Source: a virus (lineage: Duplodnaviria > Caudoviricetes). Taken from it: DNA of 64,000 bases. Positions 46,139-56,400 of this stretch are shown here, piece by piece. Below the pieces are notes generated by a model that was not told the origin of the DNA, searched no databases, and saw only the letters and a program-made list of their open reading frames with translations. Every line of letters begins with the position of its first letter. Position 1 is the stretch's first letter. A program made the translations under genes and the position numbers. Location of the stretch: IMG/VR virus record IMGVR_UViG_3300021511_000007, positions 1,191 to 65,190 of that record. One strand, 5' to 3'.

Positions 46139-46267
46139 GCCCAACGCCTGCCTAAGCAGCCCGCGGGTCGACACAAAGGAGCCGACAGAACATGACGAAC
46201 CAACAGCAACACGATAGCCAGCAGCCCGCCGCGGACCCCGCGGGTCGGCTTGAGGCTGATGTTAGTT
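46139..46267 (-). mobile_element. attC-like site (top strand on minus)
   Basis: Minus strand: AACTAAC-atcagcctcaagccgacccgcgg...cccgcgggctgcttaggcaggc-GTTGGGC; the loop holds AAGGAG and the ATG at 46192. Confidence 0.85.
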
Positions 46268-46443
46268 TTGGTGCGGATGAGGACGCCGATTATGCTTATG
46301 CTCTGTACCTTGCAAGACAGGCAGAGCTTTTTTCGCGGTCTGGGGCCATTGTAGGAATCGTCGGGATGGTGATGTCGTGCATCGGGGTAACTCATCATTA
46401 TTCGGATGTGCCGATCAGCATCAAAAACCCGGTTATTTACTGA
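46192..46443 (+). CDS. Hypothetical protein, cassette copy B
   Basis: First 23 aa are encoded by the attC arm; 190-bp cassette 46261-46450. Confidence 0.7.
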   Translation: MTNQQQHDSQQPAADPAGRLEADVSFGADEDADYAYALYLARQAELFSRSGAIVGIVGMVMSCIGVTHHYSDVPISIKNPVIY

Positions 46444-46531
46444 AACTAACGAACAGGCATAAGCGGGCGCCTGTACGAGGTGGAACTAAGCGGCGGAGTC
46501 TACGCGCTCCGCCTTAATGCAGTTGTTAGAT
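46444..46531 (-). mobile_element. attC-like site (top strand on minus)
   Basis: Minus strand: ATCTAAC-aactgcattaaggcggagcgcg...gcgcccgcttatgcctgttc-GTTAGTT. Confidence 0.8.
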
Positions 46532-46547
46532 TCTGGTTGGAGGGCGA

Positions 46548-46748
46548 ATGGGACAAGCAAAGCGGCGTGGATCTTTTGAACAGCGGCAAAGGCTGGCTGT
46601 TGAGGGGCTGCGAAAAGAACGGGAGGCGGCCGGCTTGGCGCGAATTGAGGCTGAAGCCAGGCGGGTGGATTCCGAGGAACCGAAAAGACGTGCGGCAAGC
46701 CGGGTGCTGGCAATAGCCCTTGGGGTTGCTCTCGCCTCATCTCGATAG
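46548..46748 (+). CDS. Small basic hypothetical protein (inverted cassette gene)
   Basis: GGAGG RBS; 'MGQAKRRGSFEQR' N-terminus. Confidence 0.7.
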   Translation: MGQAKRRGSFEQRQRLAVEGLRKEREAAGLARIEAEARRVDSEEPKRRAASRVLAIALGVALASSR

Positions 46749-46759
46749 CTGCTGAATCT

Positions 46760-47391
46760 CTCACGGTAGGAACGCCCGTTACCGGGCGCCCCCCGCACAG
46801 ACCCGGACGTGCGGTTTTTCCGCATCCGGTTCCTCGGTTGTACTCGCGTTCGCGACGGGCATTTTATTACTTTAGTTAGACTACAAAGGCCGCATGAGTG
46901 CGTTTGGGCTCAACCACTTTGGGCCAGGCGACGTTCAACCTCTTCAGCGCTTCTTTGAATTGCCCCCAATTGAAACTGCTCTTCTTCCCGCCTCTGCGGT
47001 TGAGCCATTTAAAGGCACTCTTGATCGTGAAGCCGAAGAAGCTGCCAAGGGACTTTTCGTTGCTGCGCACGCCGTAGTAGTTGTAGTGCCCGACCAGTTT
47101 TCGGTTCAAAGCTTGGATGAACTTGCGCCCCGGTTGGTGGCGCTTGGCTTTGACCCACTCTTTCATTCGTCTTTTGGCTCCTTGCAGCTTTTTGCGTGCC
47201 GTCCTTTTCATCACCCGTAGCACTCCACACCGATCGCGATTCCAGTATAGTTCGAATCCAAGAAATGCGAAACGATGGCGCAGTCCGGGGTGAAAGCGGC
47301 TGAAGCGTTGGATGCGGGTCTTTTCAGGGGCCACTTCCAGACCGAATTCCTTCAGTCTTTTGGGCATGGCTTGGTAGAACCGCACGCCGTC
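46760..47391 (-). mobile_element. 5'-truncated group II intron (IEP C-terminus plus domains V-VI)
   Basis: DV/DVI on minus at 46760-46835: GAGGAACCGGATGCGGAAAAACCGCACGTCCGGGTCTGTGCGGGGGGCGCCCGGTAACGGGCGTTCCTACCGTGAG; IEP fragment upstream. Confidence 0.92.
46876..47385 (-). pseudogene. Group II intron reverse transcriptase/maturase C-terminal fragment
   Basis: RT6-7 'GLEVAPEKT...F.FLGF' and domain X 'LNRKL.GHYNYYG...WLNRRG'; no YADD or N-terminal RT domains. Confidence 0.9.
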
Positions 47392-47439
47392 CAGTAAATA
47401 TTAGACGGCGTGCGGTCTAGTAAGTATTGCTTTTGAGGT

Positions 47440-50400
47440 TTACCACTGCTGCAATACAACCACTCGATACCGTGCGTTGAATCGAGTGTGGATCTGCCGC
47501 ATAAGCCACTTGATCCGGTCCCGCGCAGCGTCAGTACGTGCGCGCTTCAGACGCTTTCGCAACACGCGCAACCGCTTCTCGCTGATAGCGGTCAGTCCGC
47601 GCAATTTCAGCAAGCCCGCTTTGTCTCGCCGGACTTCCGCCAGCTTTTTCGGATCGCCGCGATAATGCTTCAATTGCTCCCGAGCGGTAAGAACCTCCCT
47701 CGACCTTTCCCGATACAGCCCGCTATTGGCGAATTCAGACTTGCCGCCTGCCAAGCGGCGGACGAACGGGATTTCCCGCGCTTTGATATCTTCTCCCGTC
47801 ACTGCTTTGAGCGGGGTGCCGATAGAATCCGCAAGGAACCGCCCCGCCGAGCCGGTAATGGAATCCCAGGCAACATCCAACCATTCCGGAGAAATATTCA
47901 TCGCCCCCGGCTCCACTTCATCACCGCCGGAAAGATCGTTCAATACTTTCGCAATCGCCTGTGAAACTGGACGAGAACTTGACCAGAACATTTGGTACTC
48001 AGGCTTCGGAGTCTTGTCGTAAGGGCTGTGCTCGGGCTTCAGAGGATTCCCGGACCATGACTTGTTCTCCGCAATCTGCACCAGCGGATCGGCTACAGTC
48101 GGCGCCAGCGTCTGCAATGGCGTACCGGCCTGGAGCGGGTTGAATGCCCCGAGGAATGCGCTGATCACATTCCATCCGGACTCCATGGTCTTGTACTCCG
48201 GATTCGCGCCGCGAGCACCGTCCGCAGCCGAGCCGATGGAATTTCCAATCACCCACAAGACGTTGTATCCCCAGGGCAGCGGGATCTTGAAGTAATCGCC
48301 ACTCCCGTCCGGATGCATGAAGATCATGTTCCGCTCTTTGACGTGGTCCTCTATCTTGTCGTAAAGCGCCTCCCCGTCGTCGTCATCGCCGCCCATAGCA
48401 CGGTTCACCATATCCAACACCACGGCAGCACCGATGGTCGCGTAGGCCATTCTGCGCAGTTTCGGGCTGTACTTCATGCCGCGCAGGATTCTCATGCTCC
48501 CCTGGATCCCGGCATTGGCGAAGAGATAAAGTGAGTTAATGACCTGGCCGCTGGCACCCTTGCGGTTGAAGTTGACAGTCAGCTCTTTCGCCAATTGGGC
48601 AGCCTTGTTTTTCGACATGCCTGACTCAACGGCGTTCTTGTACGCCGATAGCCTCACCCCGTTCTCAACAATGGCGTTGTAGTCCTCGATAAACTGCATC
48701 ACATCGTGGAACACTTTGCGCGGAGTGTGCCCCTTGAGTCGCTTCACCTCGTTCTGAAGCTTCTTGCGCCGATCTTCGATGGACTCGTAGTTATCCATCC
48801 ATCCAACCTTTCCTCCATGCTCCTCGAAATCCCTGTACCACTTGGCCCACTCGCTCTTACCGTCGCCGCGAATCGCCTTGTGGATACCCTTGATCGCCTT
48901 CGGTACGCTCTTGAGGATCTTTCCCCGCAGTGCGTCCGCATCGGTATCACTCAGGTTGTAGGCAGCGGTCTGAATGTCGCGCAACGCATTGGAGATCATG
49001 AACTCCGGCGATGCCGAAGTGTTCACGAACGACAGAAAGCGGTTGACCCGAGACAGCGCATTGATGATTGGCCCCGCCTGGTTGTCCAAATTCTTCACCG
49101 CCTTCGCTATGCGCATGGCATGGTCGTTCGTTTCGTCGAACTCGATGGTGTGCTGAACCCCGTCGATCTTCACCTTGACCTGGTTGTCGTATTCTCTGGC
49201 GTCGGGATACATAACCACGTTTCCGTAATCGTCGTACCCTGCCTGCTTCTTGTCTTCATCCACCGACCAGAAGCTTTCGTGGGGTTTGGCTTTCACCATC
49301 TCGTACAGGGCGCGGCCGACCCTCATCTTGTCGCCCCGAATAAGGCTGATCTCGGATTGCGCCACAGTATTGGCCAGCAGATCAACCGCCCGCCGGGTAG
49401 ACCCGCCGCGAACTTTCGCCTCCCTTCCGCCTACAGACTTACCCTTACCCTTGCCCGGCATTCTGTCGTCGAAGCCCTCTCTTTTGAGCGGCACGTAATG
49501 CTTATAGGCTCCGCGCCAAGCGGCAGCCTCTTCCGGGGTCAGCAGGCCGTCCTGCTCCAGCGCATCAACCCTTGCCGCTGTCATGGCATCCACCTTGCTC
49601 CCAACGTCCTGTAAGGCCGTGTTGCCACCTGTGCGGTGACGTATATCCGCAGACTCCTTGTCCGTCATGCCTGAAGGCTTCTCGCTGAACGCAGCCCACC
49701 GATCCGCTACAGCTTGCTCTTCGGCAGACGCGACATTCGTCAGTTCGGCGTTCAGCAGGTCCAGGTATTCATCCCGAAGTTTCGCCGGGTCGTTCTTCAG
49801 TTCCTTGTGAATCGCATCCATTTCCTTCTGTATGCGGTTGGCTTCCTGTCCGTTCTCTTTGGCGGAGATCAAATCTTTCAGATGCCGACGCGCGTTGATG
49901 CGCCGCAGCCGCGCATTCGCCTCCGGCGCATGGCGCGCGTAGAGGAATTCGTCTACCTGCTCGACCGTCAGATTACCATCCGCCATGACCTGCAACAGAG
50001 GCTCGATTCGTTCCTTGTGCAGTTTGTCCATCCGAGCCCGCGCCTTGCCGTGATACTGAGTCTCGGCGAGGTATGCGTCCTGCTCTTCCGGAAGCTCGCC
50101 AAGCTCCCTCTGCACTTTGTAGAGTGACCGGAACTTGTCATGGATGTGGTACAGCAGGGTGTCGGTCAGGTCCGACTTTTCGGGGAGATCGAAGGTGGTT
50201 GATGGTGCGCGCTTTCCGGCTGTCGCCCCCTTCTTGGCGCGGGAATAGCGGATGTCGGGGTCGGTGGGGGAGAAGGTGCCAACATTGTCGGTGGCGGATT
50301 TGATTTGGGTAGGGAAGAATGCGATGTATGAATCAGACCCTTTATCCTCCATCTCATTTTGGTACACGAAGCCGTCCACCCCTCTCTTCAGCAGCGTGGC

Positions 50401-53400
50401 ACGCAACGCGCCATATCTATCGTCGGCCGACATAATCGCGTCAGATTCTTTGTCGGAAATAGTTCCTTCCGGCAAGCTGGAGATTATGCTCCAATCTCCC
50501 CATGTCCCCAGGTCCGAGAGTCGGATCGGGTTTTCCATCCGGAGATATGCCGCAGTTGGCGGGATGGTTTTCGGCTGCTTGACAACGAACGCTTTTGCAT
50601 CGCGCTCGCTGGGAAACGGACCCAGCCCCTCTCCTTCCGTCGGGCCGGTATCGGCGAAGACAAAAAAATCGCCCTCGTCTTCTTCGATCTCATACTCGAT
50701 CCGGTCCATGCCTCTTGCGCGGTCCTCCGCTGCCTGCGCAGTCCCGAAATGAGCGCCCTCACCGCTCAATCTCATGTCAAACTCGGTAAACTCAGAATCC
50801 GACCAATGGTACTGAGGGACTGGCCGCCCCTCGGCATCGACCACGGCGGAACCCCCAAACCACCCCCAAAAGTTCCGCACCCCCTCCTCCGTCGGATGGA
50901 TCGGCTTGCCCTCGGAGTTGGTTGTGGGGCGAGCAACGCCGGCCACTTCGATGGTGGCGGGGAGGGGCTTGGCGCGGCTGTAGCGGATGTCGGGGCTGGT
51001 GGGAGAGAAGGCTCCGGTGTTGCCGATGGCGGATTTGATTTGTGTTGGGTCAAAAACCACGTAAATATCTTCAACCTCATCTATTTCATTGTCGATGGTG
51101 TTTTTTATTATGGCCCCATCTTTTCCGCTTTCCATCGCAACATCTATTAATTTGCTATAGGTTTCACCTCTAAATGACTTCCCATCCTGATCTTTGATTA
51201 CTGGGTTGTCCGTTTTTAGGTATACAGGGTATACAACATGGCCCGGAGATGTTTTTATTATTTCGGCTATTTTCGGTTTATATGTTGCAGCTTCCGCCAA
51301 AGCGTCGTTGTATCCTTTTGACCCCATTTTGTGCGCTAACCTACCAGACAGGGCGTTATGGACTTTTTGCCATAAATCTAGCAACTCAGCATTCCCTGTC
51401 CCTTGGTCGGCATATTCGGCATAGTCCGATGCTGTCATCTGCGAACTAGAAAAGAAGAACCCTTTCTTTGCGCTCTCCGCATCAGTAACCCATCCGCCAA
51501 ATTCACGATTAAATGAACCGATATCAGCCGCTGTCCCATGATAAACCACCAAAGGCCGCCCCTCGGCATCGACCACGCGACTGTTTTTGAACCACCCCCA
51601 AAAATTCCGCACCCCCTCCTCTGTCGGATGGATCGGCTTGCCCTCGGAGTTGGTTGTGGGGCGAGCAACGCCGGCCACTTCGATGGTGGCGGGGAGGGGC
51701 TTGGCGCGGCTGTAGCGGATGTCTGGGGCGGGCTTGCGCGAAAACAGCGGCATCCCCTCCATGGCGGACTTCTGCATTTTGTCCGTTACAGGGAAGGTCC
51801 ACACGTCTTGCCCGCCAACCTGCGATACCCCAACTTTCGACCCAAACTTCTTAATGAATTTCCCGACCGCTTTCGGCAGGATCTTGTCATAGAACCCCGC
51901 CATCCCCGTATCGCTGATGGTGATGTCGTCGCCTTCCAGTACTCCGCTTTGATTCGGGTCGCTGATGATCTTGTCGCCCATGGCTTTGCCGATGGCATCG
52001 GATAGCGCGCTCTCGGCCTCGGTGGTGTCGATTACCTGCCGGCCGCCTTTCGTGCCGACCAGGCGAATGCCGTCCTTTTCTTTCGTCCATGCAACCCTGT
52101 CCACGCCTTTGCGCAGTGCGCTTCTGTACCGCTCGGTTTGCACTTCGCCCGGAGTCCATGCCACTTGCTCGAAGTTGTTCTCGGATGCCCAGCGGATTGC
52201 GCGCTTCATGCCGAGGAGCGCCCATTGGTTGGTTTGCTTGAAGGGTATAGACGGAACCCCGGTTGGCTTTATCTGGCGGATGAAGTGTCCCGGTCGATTG
52301 TGCCTCTTAGCAGCGTCTTGCGCCTCGTCTAGGGTTGCAAATACTCCAATTACATCCCCATTTCGACCCTCAAGCTCCCATCGCGGCGTAGAGTCATATC
52401 CCTTCTTCCTCCCCTCCTGCGCCCAATCGCTCTGAACCTCCTCCACGAACATCGTTTTCTTGCCGCCGATCTCCCGCTCGTTGAAGCGAAGATGAACGAC
52501 TACATCTTCCTCGTCAAAATGGGGACCCTTGTAGGGCTCTCCTTCGAGGTATGGAAGCATCAGCAGCAGTTCCCGGTAGTTCTCGCGCTCGCCGGGCATT
52601 TGGTACTCGGCGTATTTGGCGCTGTCGTCGCTGTCAGGATCACCGCCCATCTCCACCTCAGCATCTTCTCGATTGCTGTTTTCGGCATCGATGTAGGTCT
52701 GCTGGGTGTTATCCCACGCTTCTTCCCTGAAGTCGTTAAGCGCCTCATTCTCGAAGAGCGCTTCCCAGCCCAGTTCTTTTGCATCGTCTTGGAATTGCCA
52801 TTCCGCTCCGTTCTTGCCGGCCTCGTCAAGAACGCCTTCCTCGTCGCGGAACTGGTCTCTGTAATAAGCCTTATCTGCCCCAAGGCGCGCCCATATTCTG
52901 TGGCTTGGATCATTCCATGCTCCCTCTACCTCTTCGCTTACAGTATCCGCCATCCACTCCGACCAATCACTGTCCTCTGCGTTGAATTCCGACTCGAATG
53001 TTTCACGAGCAGCCTCGTCCACCGAGCTGTCATACTCCCCCACTGCATTCGATAGCGTCACCTCCTCGACATCCACCTCCTGCGACTTGAGGTAATCCAG
53101 CAGTTGCCCCTTGGTGACCGGCCCTTCCTGCTCGCGCAACCAACCCTGCACCCCGGACCAGTCTATTTCCGCCTGTTTCACGCCTTTTTGTGGGAGGTTT
53201 CGGATCATGCCGAGCCATTGGCCGCGCGCCGCCTTTGGCTGATTGAGCTTTTGAATCTGCCGGGTCAGTTCAGAGTAGAACTTGGGGAAGGTCCGCGCCT
53301 CGCTCCGGCCTGATCTGCCCCTTCTGGCCGCACCGGCCCGCCCGATAGATTGCTTGACCAACGCCACTGCCAGCTCGTCGGTGATCCTGAAGTTCGCTCC

Positions 53401-56400
53401 CTTGCCCATGGAGGTGTTCATATACCACGCCTTCGCCGCCGCAACGATCTGCCGATACAGCCGCCGCGCCCGAGCCGACAGCGTACCGCCCTTGCCAGCC
53501 TGGATGCGCTGGTAGGCTTCCTCGACAAAGTAAGCAACCTCCTCGGATGCCCGGTCCGCCGCAGGGGTATCGCCCGGAACGCGCTCGAAGGCGGATACCG
53601 CCGCCTCGTCGCCCTTGTCCCGCAGTGCTGAAAGCTGCCCATGGAAATTGTCGAAACCAACGCCCAGAACCTCCTTGGTGCGACCCTTGCCCTTCTCCGA
53701 TGCATGGGTGCCCTCATGGCTCAGAACGGCCGCAGCGAGCCCCTCAACCGCGTTGCTGGTGTTCTCCGCGTTGAGGTGTACCACGCCATCGAGATAAATG
53801 CCCTGGGCATCGCTGTACTTCCCGCCCCCCGGCATCTCCCCGGCCAGGTAGTGAAGTTTGAGCGTACCGTTTTTCTCCATCCTGGCGATTCTGGCTTTGC
53901 CGAATTCGTCTGAGAGTTGCTTGCGCAGCTCGGCAAGGGCTTCGTGTTGGGGGCCGAGGTCGGCGTGCTTGGCTCGTTGCTTGGCCGCGCGGGCCTGGTG
54001 GCGCATGTTCCCGCGGGCATTTCCATAGGCAACGATGGCGTCTTCTTTGGAGACACCCTGGGCGACATAAGGCTCCAGGTCGGATCTCTGCTTGTCAGTC
54101 AACAACCTGCGCAGGGCTGCGTCTCTTGCTTCAATCTCGCCAGCCAACCGACGGTATTTGTCAATCGGGATTGCTTGTCGCGCATACTCAAGCGCCTTCT
54201 TCCGGTCCCCCTCTTTCGCAGCAAGAGAAACCAGGCGGAATACATTGCCCTCCGTATCAGGGAAGTCCTGCTGCCTCTTGCCCTCGTAGCGTTCGCGGTA
54301 CAGCGTTTTCGACAACCTGAGTGCCTTGCCGGGATCTACCGTTTTCGACAGCAAGCCAGGCTGGAACTCCTTTACGCTACCGCCGCGGGCAAAGCCTTCC
54401 AGTGCCGCGATACGATGCGAAATTTCGTGAACAAGCGCATCGAGCCGCTTTGCTTCACCGACATTCGTTACGCCGATTGTGTCGGTTTTCGGGTTGTACC
54501 AACTGCCGCGGGCGGATGTTTCCACCTTCACATCCAGCAGTTCAGGATATGCCTCAAACAGCGTCGGATGGTCGATCAAATCACCGAGCTTCCAATGCGG
54601 CGGGGTGCCGCGTCGTCCCGGCTGGCTCTTCGGGTTCTCCTTGAGGCTCATGTCCTCGTCGGAGAGCTCGAAACGCCACTTGTCGTCGAGCCCGACCGCC
54701 CATCCGGTCTCCTTGCGGATCTCTTCGTTGGTCGCGCCTTCCCGTTCCATCTGCACTGCGCGGGCCAGGGCGTGCTTGTTGGCTGTGGCGGCTTTGGTGC
54801 CGGCGTAGGATGGTTTTGGTGTGTCGAACGACACGCCTACAACCCTGGTCGCCGCCATCTTGGCATTATCCGTAAGCTGTCGTTGCCACGCCCCGGCCTT
54901 CGGACTCCACCTGAACCCATTGGCTTTCAGCTCACCGCGAACATCTGCGCTCGGTTTTTCGTCATGATGAATGCGCAGCCGGTTGGCACCATAGTCCAGT
55001 TCAACGCTGCCGCCTTCGAACTTGATGGTGACATCTTCTGTCGTAACCGCTCTCTTTTCTTCGGTGGTAACCCGCTCTTTGAGGCGTGTGATATTTGCCC
55101 TGTTGTTCGATAGCAGATACGCGGGAAACCCGACGCGACCCATGGAGTCGGGCGTTAACGTCTCTTTGACCAGCGCTTCGGAAAACCCCAAATCCTTGAG
55201 CTTCCTCGCCTTTTCTTCAGCTGATAACTTCTTGCTGCGAACAATTTTGTTGCCCGCCTTCATCTTCTCCTGAGAATCCTCAAGAGTGCTCAACTTTGCC
55301 TTGAGTTTCGCAAGGGTGCCGGATTCGCCGGACTTGATGGGGGCGAGATCCGGACGAAGATTTCGCTTTGCGCGGGCGAGCGCCTTGTCTGCATACTCCA
55401 GTAACTCCTCGCGCCGCTTCTGCGCAGTATCAAGCGCTTTTTGGTTGCGGCGCGTAGGAAAGTTGGACGGGCCTGTGACCATGGATGAGAGTGTGCGGCT
55501 TTCTGCGCCCAGCAGCGCCCTCTTGCGCTTCAGGTAGCCGCCTTTGTATGAGGTGAACTCAGAGTCCAGTTGATCAAGCGTTCCGCCGGCTTCCGCCGCC
55601 TTGCGCATTTGGGCGTAGGCGTCGTTCATTTCCGAGATGTATCCCTGTCGCTCTTGTTCCGCTCGCTTCTCCGGGACCATGCTGCTTCCGGCATGGGCGG
55701 CATGGGCTAGATCTTGAGGAATATCGGAAGCGGACACCCTGGGCGCACGGGGAAGCTCGGCTTTCGCTGGTGCGGGCTTCACGAACTTACTTTTATCCGC
55801 GGTATCGCCCTCTACGCGCCAGTCACCAGCGAGAAGAACTTGCCCATTCGCGCCGCGGTCCATACCTCCAGGACCAACAATAAGCCCCTTCTTTGTTTTT
55901 GAGACAATGCCGCGGCCCCGAGTGCTGACCACCGCGTCCCCGGCGATTGGCACGCGCCATCCTGCGCTGGACCTGGTGCGATCATCCCATGCCTCATCTA
56001 TCCCCGGCAATCGCGCCTCCAGCTTGGTGACATCCTCTCCGCGCAACCTGCGTAACTCGATTGCGTTCCGAATATCATCCGGATTGTTGCTTGTCTCGAA
56101 TTCCTTGATCGTTGCGGTAATCGAACCTCCGCGCCTGCCAAGCGATCGCTTGCGCTGCGTTTCGTTGAAACCCGTGGACTTGCTCACCTTGCCGCGGAAG
56201 TCACGCAGGCGCTCCTTGATGTTTACCAGCGTGAATTTCCCGTCACCCGGCACATCTATGGTTGTGGTCCCGGCAATAACCTGTAGCGGAACGCTGGTCC
56301 ATGGTTTTTTCTCGTCAACTCCTTCGCTGACAACCTTGTTGAACTTCTTGTCTTTATAACTCGGTGCCCTGGTAATACGCTTATCGATCTCTGCAAGCAG

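Noticed and set aside
45527-46450. 190-bp repeat pair as DGR TR/VR
   Set aside because: Differences involve all four bases and many are synonymous; the boundaries coincide with cassette core sites.
28118-46531. attC-like hairpins as ordinary intrinsic terminators or REP elements
   Set aside because: They lack U-tracts, are bounded by AAC and GTT cores with asymmetric extra bases, and their cores match the far end of the adjacent gene unit.
46876-47385. Reverse transcriptase as part of a DGR or retron
   Set aside because: It is a C-terminal fragment without the catalytic YADD region, followed by group II intron domains V-VI. I found no template/variable repeat pair with adenine-specific differences and no msr-msd.
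47381-47385. GTGCG as the intron 5' end of a mini-intron
   Set aside because: It lies in frame within IEP-like coding sequence and leaves no room for domains I-III.
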